A stretch of DNA of 64,000 bases, from contig CAVRVY010000001.1 in assembly GCA_963724765.1 (NCBI GenBank), positions 1,280,001 through 1,344,000 on the forward strand. The letters are read 5' to 3'. This stretch comes from an uncultured delta proteobacterium (GTDB lineage: Bacteria > Desulfobacterota > Binatia > Binatales > Binataceae). Shown in pieces: positions 9,638 to 21,418 of this stretch. Made by a program: the position numbers and the translations under genes. How positions within the stretch are numbered: the stretch's first letter is position 1; each line of letters opens with the position of its first letter. The notes beneath the pieces are model-generated. The model searched no databases. It worked only from the letters and a program-made list of their open reading frames with translations, and was not told where the DNA came from.

Positions 9638-11188
9638 ATGAACCCGCGACCCGCCATTGAGCGCATCGCCGGCGTGATGGTGCCGTTGTTTTCGCTGCGC
9701 ACGCGCGCGGACGCGGGAATCGGCGACATCGCGGCGCTCCGTGCGATGATTGACCTCGCCAACGCGATGGGCGATCGCGGGATCTTGCTTCTGCCGCTCG
9801 ATGAAACCTCGCCTGGCGAGGCCAGCCCCTACAGTGCGCTCAGCGTGTTCGCGATCGATCCAATTTATATCGGGCTCGACGGACTCGCGGGTGTTGATCC
9901 GCCGCAGGTGGAGCGCGTGCGCCGCATGCTCGTGGACGTGCCGCTTAGCGATCGCCTGACGATTCGCGCCGCCCGCCTCGGTCTGCTCGAGACCGCCTTC
10001 GCTCATTTCACGGCGCACGATGACGAGCGCGCCGCCGTGACGGAGTTCACCGCGCGTCATCGCGAATGGCTGAACGATTACGCGCTGTTCCGCGCGCTCA
10101 AGGATCGTTTCGATTTTGCCGTATGGGAGCGGTGGCCCGACGAACTGCGCCGGCGCGAGCCCGAAGCGCTCGCTCGCGCGAAGGCCGAACTCGCGCCGGC
10201 GATCGACAAGTACATGTACTGGCAATTCCTGGCGCATCGCCAATGGGCGGAGGTTCGCGCCTACGGCCGTAAGCGCGGCGTGACGCTGGGCGGCGATCTC
10301 GCCTTTTCGCCCGCGCGCGACAGCGCCGAAGTATGGGCCAACCAGGATCTGTTCGATCTCGAACGCACGGTTGGCGCGCCGCCCGACGACTTCAATCCGC
10401 AGGGCCAGCGCTGGGGTCTGCCGGCGCCGCGATGGGAACGGGTTCGCGCGGACGGATTCCCGCTGCTGAGAAAGCGCATCCGCCACGCCTGCGAGCTTTA
10501 CGATTTCATCCGCGTCGATCATGTGGTCGGACAGTATCGCACCTTTTCATTCGGCCTCGTCCCAGGGGCCGAGGGCGGCTTCTGGCCGGTGGCCGAGCGA
10601 GATCAGCGGGCGCAGGGCGAAGCGGTGCTCGGCGCGATACTGGAGGAGGCGGGCGCGACAATCGTTATCGCCGAAGACCTCGGCGTAATACCGCCTTTCG
10701 TACGCGCCTCGCTAAGCGCGTTGGGCGTACCGGGTTACAAGGTGATGCGCTGGGAGAAAGTCGGCAAGGGCACTACGGCACGAGCATTCGTTGCGCCGGC
10801 GGATTATCCCGAGCTTTCGCTCGCCACCACCGGCACGCATGACACCGATACGCTGGCCGAGTGGTGGGAGGCGGCGCCGGCGGACGAACGCGCGCAAATG
10901 CTTTCACTGCTGGCGCTCGCGCCGGCGTCCCCAGGCGACCCGGAGATCGCGTTTGACGCCGTGCGCGACGCGATGCTGGCGGCGCTGTACGCGGCCCCGT
11001 CGCGGATAGTGATGATTCCTATTCAGGATCTCTTTGGATGGCGTGAGCGGATCAATTTCCCCGGCACCGTCGGGCCCGCAAACTGGTCGTGGCGTTTGCC
11101 GCTCGCGATCGAGGACATCGTACACGATCCAGTGCTGGCGGCACGCCTGACGCAACTCCGTGAAATGGCCATGCGGGCCGGCAGATAA
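9638..11188 (+). CDS. malQ: 4-alpha-glucanotransferase (amylomaltase, GH77)
   Basis: SPYS, GAPPDDF..GQRWG, RVDH, AEDLG, GTHD, N.PGT...NW motifs. Confidence 0.92.
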   Translation: MNPRPAIERIAGVMVPLFSLRTRADAGIGDIAALRAMIDLANAMGDRGILLLPLDETSPGEASPYSALSVFAIDPIYIGLDGLAGVDPPQVERVRRMLVDVPLSDRLTIRAARLGLLETAFAHFTAHDDERAAVTEFTARHREWLNDYALFRALKDRFDFAVWERWPDELRRREPEALARAKAELAPAIDKYMYWQFLAHRQWAEVRAYGRKRGVTLGGDLAFSPARDSAEVWANQDLFDLERTVGAPPDDFNPQGQRWGLPAPRWERVRADGFPLLRKRIRHACELYDFIRVDHVVGQYRTFSFGLVPGAEGGFWPVAERDQRAQGEAVLGAILEEAGATIVIAEDLGVIPPFVRASLSALGVPGYKVMRWEKVGKGTTARAFVAPADYPELSLATTGTHDTDTLAEWWEAAPADERAQMLSLLALAPASPGDPEIAFDAVRDAMLAALYAAPSRIVMIPIQDLFGWRERINFPGTVGPANWSWRLPLAIEDIVHDPVLAARLTQLREMAMRAGR

Positions 11189-11378
11189 GCTACTCCAAAC
11201 CATCTTAGGCCGTGCCACGACGCCTGATTGCGTCTCTTGCCTGCGTAACGTAATGATCGTCGGGTTAGCCGCTCAGAGCCGAAGGGGGGCTGCGTGTCGT
11301 CAGCGCATCGGCAAATGGGTGAAATCGGAAAGGGGGGATCGAGCCGTCGTATCGACTGATCATAGAATCTCCGATTCC

Positions 11379-12701
11379 GTGACGCCGCAACGGAGCTTGC
11401 TGGTTCGCGCCGCGATGCTGGTCCCGTTGTGGGCGGCGGTCGTAGTCGGCGTCGTGATATTGATCGCCGCACTGCCCGGGCGCGCCAACAAATGGGATTA
11501 CAGCATCTACTATAGTTCGGCGCTGGCGATGCGCCAGGGAATGAATCCCTATACCAGTGACCTGACGCCGCTCGCGCGATCGGCCGGGTTCGAGTTGGAC
11601 AAGATCAATCACGCGACCGATCCGCCGACCTTCGTGATGTGCTTCGAGCCGCTGACGCTGTTGGCGCCGCGGCCCGGATTTTATGTCTGGACGGCAATCA
11701 ATGCTGCCTCGTTCCTGCTTGCGCTCATCCTGCTTTTTCGATGGACCCCGGGTCTCGGTCGCGATGCCGCGTTGGCGATCGCGGCCTTGACGATTCTGTT
11801 TCCGCCCGTGGCCGATCATTTGATCTGGGGCCAGAACAAGATGCTGGTCCTTCTGATGTTCGTGCTGATGCTGCGATGGATGGAGCGCGGGAAGGACGCC
11901 GCGGCCGGCCTGATCCTCGCGTTCGCAAGCCTGCTGCGCGCCTTTCCGCTTATGCTCGTCGGCTACCTGATCCTGATGAAACGGTGGCGCGTCGTTGCGT
12001 ATACGATGGTCGGACTCGCCGTCGGAGGATTGCTCACGCTCGCGCTGGCGGGCGTAGGCAATACACTGAGCTTCGTCCTCGCGCCGACTTACCTGACCGA
12101 GCAATGGAGAGAGGCGCTGCCGGGAAATATCGCTCTGAGCCCGACGGTGGCGCGGATGTTCTGGTACTTCTTCGGCCTCCATCTCGGAACGACACTTCAA
12201 TGGGCTACGAAAGCCACGTCGCTGGCAGCCGAATTGGCACTGCTTTGCTTCACGGTCAAAGCCACCGTGTCGAGGCCCCGGGATGACGATCCCGACGGCC
12301 GCCTGTTCGTGCTCTGGATCATGACCGCGATCCTCGTCTCGCCGACGTCGTGGTTTTATTATCTGGTGCTGCTGGCGATTCCGATGGTGAGGCTGAGCGC
12401 TGCGGCGTCTAACGAGCGGACAAGCCGGCGCGCGCTGTGGGCCGGGGTCGCGTGTTACACGCTCGCATGGCTCTATTTCGCTGCGGTCGATATGCACTCG
12501 CAACAACTCGCACTGCATCCGAACACGCTGGTGTGGCGCGTTGGAGCTTCGCCGGTGGGACTGCTCGCCTATCTCTCACTCTACTGGTTCGCCACTGACT
12601 CGGCTGCAGCCGATCAACCGGCGCGGGGAGCGGCTTCGCAAGCCTCGCAAGCTTCGCAGTCTTCGATAGATGAGGCGCAACAAGCCCGCACCGCGGTCTG
12701 A
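11379..12701 (+). CDS. GT87/DUF2029 membrane glycosyltransferase (GT-C); start uncertain
   Basis: Polytopic membrane protein, DYSIYY...G.NPY, PPTF, GQN, SP.SW motifs. Confidence 0.75.
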   Translation: MTPQRSLLVRAAMLVPLWAAVVVGVVILIAALPGRANKWDYSIYYSSALAMRQGMNPYTSDLTPLARSAGFELDKINHATDPPTFVMCFEPLTLLAPRPGFYVWTAINAASFLLALILLFRWTPGLGRDAALAIAALTILFPPVADHLIWGQNKMLVLLMFVLMLRWMERGKDAAAGLILAFASLLRAFPLMLVGYLILMKRWRVVAYTMVGLAVGGLLTLALAGVGNTLSFVLAPTYLTEQWREALPGNIALSPTVARMFWYFFGLHLGTTLQWATKATSLAAELALLCFTVKATVSRPRDDDPDGRLFVLWIMTAILVSPTSWFYYLVLLAIPMVRLSAAASNERTSRRALWAGVACYTLAWLYFAAVDMHSQQLALHPNTLVWRVGASPVGLLAYLSLYWFATDSAAADQPARGAASQASQASQSSIDEAQQARTAV

Positions 12702-12885
12702 CGATCGCATCGACTCAAAGTTCCGGATCGCATTGCCAGCCGGTTGATGACATGGTAACCGGGACCGGTCGCGGCGGGTAAGGCCGGACTCGAAGCCGGA
12801 ATCTTCCGGGTTGGCACAACAAGCGCAGCAGCCGCGCGCGCGGGCGCGGCAGCAGCGGTGGGGGAAGCGGACACGCACGGGTAAC

Positions 12886-14373
12886 ATGGAGGCGATACGG
12901 CAAGACTCAGTGGTTGAGAGCGATCGCGCGGCGCTGCGCGCGAGCGATGGCGAAGCATTGGCGGCTGCGCGTTATCGCGCGGAGCGGATCAGGTTCTGGA
13001 ACGGCTACGTTCGCAAACCTGCAAGTGCCGGCTATTATCGGCGGCTTGCGGAGGTTTACCGCTACCTCGTTCCGCCGCGAAGCCGGGTACTGGAACTTGG
13101 ATGCGGTACGGGCGATCTGCTGGCGGCGCTGGAGCCGTCGATGGGCGTCGGCGTTGATTTTGCGCCGGAACTGCTCAAGCAGGCCGCGCAGAGCCATCCG
13201 CAGCTCCGTTTCATACAAGGCGATGTTGATCAGCTTAGCCTAAATACCAAGTTTGACTACGTGATCCTCTCCGACCTGATCAACGATCTGTGGGATGTGC
13301 AGAAAGCGATCGAGCGGATCGCGTCGGTATGCACGCCGGCGACTCGCGTGATCATCAACAGCTACAGCCGGCTGTGGGAGTTGCCGCTGCGGATGGCCGC
13401 GCGCATGAAGCTCGCCAATCCGGCCCTGACCCAGAACTGGTTGACGCTGGCGGACCTCGACAACATGCTCGCGCTCAGCGGTTTCGAGGTTGTCCGCCAG
13501 TGGCAGGAGGTGCTATTTCCGCCCGCACTGCCGCTGCTTGCGCCGCTGTGCAATCGCTACGTGGTGAAACTTTGGCCGTTTCGGCATTTGGCGTTCACCA
13601 ACTTCATCGTTGCCCGCCTTGGGCCTGATGCCGGAACCGAGGCGCGCGGCCCCGAGCCCGTGGTAAGCGTAATCGTGCCGGCCCGCAATGAGGCCGGCAA
13701 CATCGAGAACGTCGTGCAGCGCGTGCCCGAAATGGGCGCCGGCACCGAGATCGTTTTCGTCGAAGGTCATTCGCGCGACGACACCTACGCCGCGATCGAG
13801 GCGGCCATCGCGCGCCATCCGGAGCGCCGCATGCGGCTGCTGCGGCAAAGCGGCGCGGGCAAGGGCGACGCGGTGCGCCTGGGTTTTGCCGAGGCCGAAG
13901 GCGAGGTGCTGATGATCCTCGATGCCGACCTGACGGTTGCGCCGGAGGATTTGCCACGCTTTTACCGAACGCTGCGTTCGGGCCGCGGCGAATTCATCAA
14001 CGGCGTGCGCTTCGTCTATCCGATGGAGAAGCAGGCGATGCGCTTTCTGAATTTCCTGGGCAACAAGTTTTTCAGCCTCGCCTTCTCGTGGCTGCTCGGC
14101 CAGAACGTAAAGGATACGCTGTGCGGGACCAAGGTGCTGAGCCGCGCCGACTACGATACGATCGCCGCCAACCGCTCCTACTTCGGCGACTTCGATCCTT
14201 TCGGCGACTTCGATCTCATCTTCGGCGCGGCCAAGCTCGACCTCAAACTCGTCGATATGCCAGTGCGCTATCACGAACGAACCTACGGCCAAACCAATAT
14301 CCAGCGTTGGCGGCATGGGCTATTGTTGCTGCGGATGTTCAGTTTCGCGCTGAGGCGGCTGAAATTCGTGTGA
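12886..14373 (+). CDS. Fused class I SAM methyltransferase / GT2 glycosyltransferase (polyprenol-phosphate sugar synthase-like)
   Basis: VLELGCGTG; VIVPARNEAG, GKGDAV, ILDADL, DTLCGTK. Confidence 0.88.
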   Translation: MEAIRQDSVVESDRAALRASDGEALAAARYRAERIRFWNGYVRKPASAGYYRRLAEVYRYLVPPRSRVLELGCGTGDLLAALEPSMGVGVDFAPELLKQAAQSHPQLRFIQGDVDQLSLNTKFDYVILSDLINDLWDVQKAIERIASVCTPATRVIINSYSRLWELPLRMAARMKLANPALTQNWLTLADLDNMLALSGFEVVRQWQEVLFPPALPLLAPLCNRYVVKLWPFRHLAFTNFIVARLGPDAGTEARGPEPVVSVIVPARNEAGNIENVVQRVPEMGAGTEIVFVEGHSRDDTYAAIEAAIARHPERRMRLLRQSGAGKGDAVRLGFAEAEGEVLMILDADLTVAPEDLPRFYRTLRSGRGEFINGVRFVYPMEKQAMRFLNFLGNKFFSLAFSWLLGQNVKDTLCGTKVLSRADYDTIAANRSYFGDFDPFGDFDLIFGAAKLDLKLVDMPVRYHERTYGQTNIQRWRHGLLLLRMFSFALRRLKFV

Positions 14374-14498
14374 GTTTTTTGCCAGGCCAGACGCTTCAGG
14401 CCCGGGCCGCATTCCTGTAATAGATTTACATCCGTGCTTGACCTTGGACCGGCGGGCGTCGATGCCGGTAAGACTGGTGCGAAGCGGGAGGGCGGTAG

Positions 14499-15491
<993 letters not shown>

Positions 15492-15616
15492 ACGTTCCAC
15501 GGGGCGGGTCCGGCCTGGAGGACGCGCGGCGCCCCGATTGATTGTGATGACGCAGATTGGCCGTCGCGCTCTGTCGGCGCGGTATACGCGCGATGGTGGG
15601 GAATTAGGGAGGTTTG

Positions 15617-16945
15617 ATGGGCGTTGCTGAGCCACACGCGGAGCGCGCGGGGGATTACCGCCGATCCGTTTCGCCTCAGCCCGGCGCGGCGCGGCCCGTA
15701 CTGTCGATCGAAGGAATCCTGGCCGCGATGCGCCATCCGCTGATGGTGGCGTTTCTCTCGCTCGCCGCGCTGATACAAGTCTATAGGCTGGCCGCGGCAC
15801 TCCCCGGTCGAATCCACGAGGAAGACTTCGCCGACTACTACTCGGCCGCCACGATCATGCGGCAGGGCGAGAACCCTTATCGAACTTCTCTCGGTCCGGT
15901 CGGCGCAAGATTCGGTCTGCATAGCAAGAGCCTCAAGCACGACGAGATCATTCCGGAAACCCCCGCCTTTCTACTCTGTCTGAAAGCGCTGGGAGCGCTC
16001 CCGCTGACCCAGGCCTACTGGACCTGGATCGCGATTAACTTTGCGGCGTTGATTGGGTCCTTTTACCTGTTGCTTGGCCCCGCAAGCGGTCTGCGGCCGG
16101 TGGACGCCTGCCTCATGATCGCGCTGGCCTTGATTTATCCACCGCTCATCGATCTTTTCCTGACTGCGCAGAGCCAGGTCCTCGTGATCCTGGGGCTGGC
16201 GCTCAGTGTCCGATGGCTAGCCAGAGGGCGCGACGGCGCAGCCGGGTTGGCGCTGGCGGCGCTGACCCTTATGCGCGGTTATCCGGGTTTGATGGGTCTT
16301 TATCTGCTGCTTACGCGCAAGTGGCGCGGGCTCGTCTTCATGGCTGCGGGTGCTGTGATTGGACTTTTGGCATGCGCGGCGATGATGGGCTGGCGGGCAT
16401 TGGTGGATTTTCCGCTCGGTCTCGCCGCGGCGGGCGGAGATCGCGCACTGTTCAAATTGGCATGGAACACCGCACCCGCATCGTTTGTCTGGCGCCTTTG
16501 CCTGTATCTCAACGGATGGCATCTCGGATCTGCGGGCGATCGCTTCGCACATGCATTAGGGTACGCTGCTGCACTTGCCATTATGGCATTCACCCTGAAG
16601 GCCACGTTCAAGCGCGGGTCCGGTCCCGACCGCGATTGGCGTCTGTTCGCCCTGTGGGTAGTAACGTCGATCGAGGTTCTGCCCGTCTCATGGCTCAACT
16701 ACAACACTTTGTTGTTCGTCCCGTTCGCGTTGATCGCCGCGGCTGGGGTGCGCAAGCGGGCTAGCGAGCGTGCGATATGGGCCGCCATGCTAAGCTACTT
16801 CCTGAGCGTGTTCGCCCTCGGGGGCCTGCTCTTTCTCGACCCGCGCCTCCCGATCGCGTTCGTCGTGCTGGTGGGAGAGAGCAAATCAGTTGCGGTGTTG
16901 GTCGGTTACCTGTCAGCGTATTGGTTCGCCGTCGACGAGACGTAA
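15617..16945 (+). CDS. Second GT87/DUF2029 membrane glycosyltransferase
   Basis: DFADYY...GENPY, polytopic, clearly paralogous to 11379-12701. Confidence 0.75.
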   Translation: MGVAEPHAERAGDYRRSVSPQPGAARPVLSIEGILAAMRHPLMVAFLSLAALIQVYRLAAALPGRIHEEDFADYYSAATIMRQGENPYRTSLGPVGARFGLHSKSLKHDEIIPETPAFLLCLKALGALPLTQAYWTWIAINFAALIGSFYLLLGPASGLRPVDACLMIALALIYPPLIDLFLTAQSQVLVILGLALSVRWLARGRDGAAGLALAALTLMRGYPGLMGLYLLLTRKWRGLVFMAAGAVIGLLACAAMMGWRALVDFPLGLAAAGGDRALFKLAWNTAPASFVWRLCLYLNGWHLGSAGDRFAHALGYAAALAIMAFTLKATFKRGSGPDRDWRLFALWVVTSIEVLPVSWLNYNTLLFVPFALIAAAGVRKRASERAIWAAMLSYFLSVFALGGLLFLDPRLPIAFVVLVGESKSVAVLVGYLSAYWFAVDET

Positions 16946-17020
16946 ATCATTAGTCATTACACGAACACCGCTGGCGCAACGCTTCTCGTTGCAGGGGCGC
17001 TGGTTTTCTCGACCTTCATC

Positions 17021-18064
17021 GTGCTCGGCGCCGCTGGCTGCATTTCGCCGCCGCCGCAGGCCGCGATGAATCAGCTTGGCAACCGGATCGAGGCCGGCCG
17101 CGACACCAGCACGCCCGCCTTTGCCCATCCTCCGTCCGGCCGTGGAGGCATCCACGCTCCATACGCAATCGCAGCCGGCTCCGCCGGCATCTGGTTTACC
17201 GAGTACAGCGCTACGACGCTGATACGGATGGAGCCCAGCGGTGCGTTCAAGCGGGTAGAGCTGGATGTCGACGGGTTTCCCGAGCGGCTGACCGTCGCGC
17301 GTGACGGAGCTGTATGGTTCACCGATCCCCAGGGTGATCGAATCGGACGCATTTTTCCCGACAACAGAAAAGCGGACTACTACACCGTGCCCACGCCCAA
17401 GAGCGGACCCGCCAGCATCGCGGCCGCCCGCGACGGCTCCATCTGGTTCACCGAGCACGCCGCCGACCAGATCGCGATCTTCGTTCCAGCCGGGGCCGAC
17501 CGTCCCTCTCCCGGCCGCCATGGGTTCAAGGAGTTTTCGCTGCCGCTCGGTGGCGGACCGGCCGGGATTGTCGCCGCCGCCGACGGCAGCCTGTGGTTCG
17601 CCGAGAACTCGGGCAACCGGATCGGTCGAATCACGCTGGCGCAAAACGCCGCCGAGCCCGTTATAACCGAATACCCGCTACCGGTCCCGCATAGCCATCC
17701 CAACGGCGTCGCGGTCGGCAGCGATGGCGTTGTTTACTTCACCGAGCTGGCGGCCAGCCGGATCGGCAAGATCACGCCGCAGGGACAAATCAGCGAGCTG
17801 GTGTTGCCGGTCAACGGCCCCGCGCTCGATATCGTTGCCGGCAGTGAAGGAACGATCTGGATCACGGTGCCGAGGGCGCATGCGATCTGTCGCCTTCGCC
17901 CCGGCGCTCCAATAACCGCCTTCTATCTGCCCGAAACGGCCATCCCGGCTTTCATTACCAGCGGCGCCGACGGCAATCTCTATTTCACCGAACCCACCGG
18001 AAAGGTCGCTCGCTTCACGCCGGTCGGCGTGCTGACCGAGTTTAGCCTGGCCGATTGGAATTAA
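17021..18064 (+). CDS. Vgb (virginiamycin B lyase)-like beta-propeller, probable lipoprotein; true start probably upstream
   Basis: Repeated P..I.A..DG.lWFTE....IGRI blades; lipobox-like AAGC. Confidence 0.8.
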   Translation: MLGAAGCISPPPQAAMNQLGNRIEAGRDTSTPAFAHPPSGRGGIHAPYAIAAGSAGIWFTEYSATTLIRMEPSGAFKRVELDVDGFPERLTVARDGAVWFTDPQGDRIGRIFPDNRKADYYTVPTPKSGPASIAAARDGSIWFTEHAADQIAIFVPAGADRPSPGRHGFKEFSLPLGGGPAGIVAAADGSLWFAENSGNRIGRITLAQNAAEPVITEYPLPVPHSHPNGVAVGSDGVVYFTELAASRIGKITPQGQISELVLPVNGPALDIVAGSEGTIWITVPRAHAICRLRPGAPITAFYLPETAIPAFITSGADGNLYFTEPTGKVARFTPVGVLTEFSLADWN

Positions 18065-18241
18065 TTCGGGAACGCCGATCGGGAGAAACTGGTTTGTCGC
18101 GCCGCACACGGCGATGTTCCGGGGCAACGCGCGGGACTGTTCCGACGACGAAGATTTGCGCTATAAGCGGATTCAGTTTTTCGGCAAATCCAGCAATAGG
18201 GTCAAGGAATAAAATCCAGCAGTAAAAATCGAGGAATCGCG

Positions 18242-19141
18242 ATGGGCAAGCTTGACGGTAAAGTTGCTGCCGTCACTGGTGGCGGACGCGGAATCGGACG
18301 CGGGGTGGCGCGGGCACTGGCCGGCCAGGGCGCGGCGGTAGTGGTCAACGACCTCGGCGTGAGCCTTGCGGGACAGAAGGAAACCATCTCGCCCGCAGAC
18401 GACGTGGTCAAGGAGATCGTCGCGGCTGGCGGCAGGGCGGTGTCCAATCACATGGATATCGCGAGCGTGACGGGCGGCGAGGGCCTGGTCAACCAGGCGA
18501 TCAAGGAGTTCGGCCAACTCGACATCCTGGTCAACGTCGCAGGAATCCTGCGCGACCGGATGATCTTCAACATGAGCGAGCAGGAGTGGGACGACGTCAT
18601 CCGCGTGCATCTCAAGGGTCACTACTGCACGATTCGCCCGGCGAGCGCCCATATGCGCGAGCGCAAGACCGGCCGCATTATCAACTTCTCGTCCAACTCC
18701 GCGCTCGGCAGCCCGGGCCAGCCCAACTACGCCGCGGCCAAGGCCGGAATCCTGGGGCTCACTTATAGCTGCGCAACTTCGCTGCAGAAGTACGGCATTA
18801 CCGTGAACGCGATCATGCCCGGCGCGGCAACCCGGATGACCGATTCGATTCCGGCGGGACGGATGCCTGGGGTGAGCGGCCTGGCGGTGAGCCAGAGCGC
18901 CGAGGGCACGCCGCGCGATCCGGCGAACGTCGCGCCGATAATCGTTTATCTCGCGAGCGACCAGGCGGCCGAAGTGACGGGACAGTGCTTCGGCGCTTCC
19001 GGCTACCGGATCACGCGCTACACGCACATCAAGACCGACCGCACGATCTTCAGCGACGGCCCGTGGGAGATCGACAAGCTCTTTGAGATTTTCAAATCGA
19101 CTCTCGGGCAGGGTCTCGAAGCGGTGAACATGTTCGCGTGA
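18242..19141 (+). CDS. SDR family oxidoreductase
   Basis: TGGGRGIG, VVVNDLG, AGILRDRM, NYAAAKAG. Confidence 0.92.
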   Translation: MGKLDGKVAAVTGGGRGIGRGVARALAGQGAAVVVNDLGVSLAGQKETISPADDVVKEIVAAGGRAVSNHMDIASVTGGEGLVNQAIKEFGQLDILVNVAGILRDRMIFNMSEQEWDDVIRVHLKGHYCTIRPASAHMRERKTGRIINFSSNSALGSPGQPNYAAAKAGILGLTYSCATSLQKYGITVNAIMPGAATRMTDSIPAGRMPGVSGLAVSQSAEGTPRDPANVAPIIVYLASDQAAEVTGQCFGASGYRITRYTHIKTDRTIFSDGPWEIDKLFEIFKSTLGQGLEAVNMFA

Positions 19142-19145
19142 CGGT

Positions 19146-20033
19146 ATGCCGTCACGGCCGCAATTCCTGGTCGGCACCGCCTCGTGGACCGATCCGACGC
19201 TGGTGAAGTCGGACGTTTTTTATCCGCCAGCGCTCAAGACCGCCGAGGAACGTCTGCGCTTTTACGCCGCGCAGTTCAACACGGTCGAGGTTGACGCCAG
19301 CTACTACGCGCTGATCTCGGAACGCAACGCCGAGCTATGGGCCGAACGCGTGCCGCCCGGCTTCGTCTTCAACATCAAGGCCTTCGCGATGCTGACGCAG
19401 CATCCAGTGGACGCGACGCGGCTGCCCGCGGCTGTGAAATCGATGCTGCCGGCCGATCAACGCGCCGCGGCGCGCCTGCGCCATCCGCCGCGCGAGGTGC
19501 TGGAGATGGCTTTCGGGATGTTCTGGAGCGCGCTTGCGCCGCTCCGCGCCGCCGGCAAGCTCGGCCATCTGCTGTTCCAGTTTCCGCCGTACTTCACCGC
19601 ACGTGCGTCGAACCTCGACTATATCGCCGGGCTCAAGGAGCGGCTGCCGGGGGCGGCGATCGCGATCGAGTTTCGTCACAATAGCTGGTTCGACGGCGCG
19701 CAGCGGGCCGAGACGATTCGCTTTCTTGACCGTCACGGGCTTACTTTCGTGTCGATCGACACGCCGCCCGGAACCGTGGAGTCGATGTTTGCGGTCACCG
19801 GCTCAGAAGCTTACGTGCGCTTCCATGGCCGCAACCGCGAGAACTGGCACAAGCGCGACGGTGGCGCCGCCGAGCGTTTCAAGTATCTCTACGCGGAGGC
19901 CGAACTGGCGCAGTGGGCCGAGCGGCTGAGGTCGCTTTCCGGGGTGCGCCGTGCGAGCGTCATCTTCAATAACTGTTACAGCAATCTCGGCGTGATGAAC
20001 GCGGCCACGATGGCGCAGATGCTCAAGCGCTGA
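19146..20033 (+). CDS. DUF72 family protein
   Basis: VGTASW, FNTVEVDASYY, LFQFPP, IEFRH.SW, YVRFHGRN, FNN. Confidence 0.9.
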   Translation: MPSRPQFLVGTASWTDPTLVKSDVFYPPALKTAEERLRFYAAQFNTVEVDASYYALISERNAELWAERVPPGFVFNIKAFAMLTQHPVDATRLPAAVKSMLPADQRAAARLRHPPREVLEMAFGMFWSALAPLRAAGKLGHLLFQFPPYFTARASNLDYIAGLKERLPGAAIAIEFRHNSWFDGAQRAETIRFLDRHGLTFVSIDTPPGTVESMFAVTGSEAYVRFHGRNRENWHKRDGGAAERFKYLYAEAELAQWAERLRSLSGVRRASVIFNNCYSNLGVMNAATMAQMLKR

Positions 20034-20092
20034 CGCCGTCCGCACAAAAACAGCGGAACAAATCCATGGGACAAAATCAGCGGGACAAATAA

Positions 20093-20812
20093 ATGAAGGC
20101 CACGCTCTATCAGTTCGTAACCAGCCCGTTCTGCTCCAAGGTGCGCAAGATTCTCGATTACAAGGGCCTGGAGTACCAGGTCGTCGAGGTCGACTATATC
20201 GAGCGCAAGGAGTTGATCGCGGCCTCGGGCCAAATCATGGTCCCGGTGCTGAGGCTCGAGCACGTCCAGGATGAAGAGGTCCGGGGCGAGAATGTCGAGG
20301 GCGGTGGCGTGGTCGAGACGATCGTCGACTCCGACCGTATCGCGACGCGCCTGGAGGAGTTGTGTCCCGAGCCGACGCTTCTGCCGGCGCGGAGCCGGGG
20401 CCTGCACCTGGCGCTCACCCGCTACATCGAGACCGAAGTCGAGGAGGCGCTGTTTTGCGCCGCGGTTCCCGACGAGGAAAAATACTTCGCCCACCAGGGC
20501 GCCGACCGCCTAGCGATGTTTCGCTTCATTCGCGACCGCAAGTACGGCACTGGGTTCTGCGATAGGATGGAACGCGAGCACGAGGCCAACATGGTCCGCG
20601 TGCGCGAGGTGCTGGAGCCGTTCGAGATGGCGCTCGAGCACGGCGCGTTTCTGCTCGGTGGTCCCGGACTGGCCGACTTCGCGCTATATGGCCAGCTTCA
20701 TTTCCTCGCGCTCACCGGCGTGCTCAAGATTCCGCACGAACTTCCGCGCTTGCGCGAGTTCTACGGCCGCGTCGATCGAATCACGGCGGCGCTGGAGGAG
20801 ACGGGGACCTAG
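20093..20812 (+). CDS. Glutathione S-transferase family protein
   Basis: SPFCSKVR, VPVL, DS, FLLG..GLADFALYG. Confidence 0.85.
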   Translation: MKATLYQFVTSPFCSKVRKILDYKGLEYQVVEVDYIERKELIAASGQIMVPVLRLEHVQDEEVRGENVEGGGVVETIVDSDRIATRLEELCPEPTLLPARSRGLHLALTRYIETEVEEALFCAAVPDEEKYFAHQGADRLAMFRFIRDRKYGTGFCDRMEREHEANMVRVREVLEPFEMALEHGAFLLGGPGLADFALYGQLHFLALTGVLKIPHELPRLREFYGRVDRITAALEETGT

Positions 20813-21252
20813 GCGATTTCGATCAACGCCGCATGCAGAAAACGGCTGAACAGCGCGCCGGTGGAGTCCAGCGCAACGTCATAGAGCGATGGGCCACGGC
20901 TCGGCACGAACATCTGATGGCCCTCGTCGAGGAACGCGTAGAGCACGCATAATCCGAAGGCGAAGTAGGGGCGCGCGCGCAGCGGCCCGCTCACCAGCAG
21001 CCAGAATAGGATCGCGTAGTTGGTGAAGTGTGCCGCCTTGCGCACGAAGCCATGCGCGAGCGCGATCGTCGCCGCCGACGCTCCCGGCATCAGGAAGCGC
21101 AGGATCGGGTCGATGAATTTCGACGTGTTCTCAGCGGAGAAATATGAAGTCGAAAAGGTAAAGATAACGATCGCCCACACCACCACCGGCATCCACTTGA
21201 TCAACGGTCGTTCGCCCGATTCACTTGTTTTTACCGCGACCGCGTCGCTCAT
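20809..21252 (-). CDS. VanZ family membrane protein
   Basis: RKAAHF..YA.L, DE.HQ.FVP.R, D...D..G. Confidence 0.88.
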   Translation of the reverse strand: MSDAVAVKTSESGERPLIKWMPVVVWAIVIFTFSTSYFSAENTSKFIDPILRFLMPGASAATIALAHGFVRKAAHFTNYAILFWLLVSGPLRARPYFAFGLCVLYAFLDEGHQMFVPSRGPSLYDVALDSTGALFSRFLHAALIEIA

Positions 21253-21418
21253 GCCTGGGTCCTTGTCGTGATTCGATTCATTTTAGCCCGCCTGGCCGCC
21301 AAATCGCGAGCGCACTGCTTCTCTGCATCAGCGCTCAAGGCTAGCATGGGTCAGAGGATGGTCAAACTGGAGTTCCGGCCGCGGATCTCATGCTTCACCG
21401 ATTCAGCGAAGGAGCTGA

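Noticed and set aside
12811-12827. Sigma-54-like TTGGCAC-N-GC element
   Set aside because: GG-N10-GC spacing fits, but the -12 box lacks TT; too weak in GC-rich DNA
18186-18224. Short direct repeats upstream of the SDR (AAATCCAGCA twice) and of the GST gene (20044-20090)
   Set aside because: Two imperfect copies each and no adjacent regulator; not distinguishable from chance or slippage
17021-21252. Vgb-like and VanZ genes (and the APH-like gene at 62306) as antibiotic resistance genes
   Set aside because: These are broad families widespread in environmental bacteria; nothing in the sequence supports a resistance function
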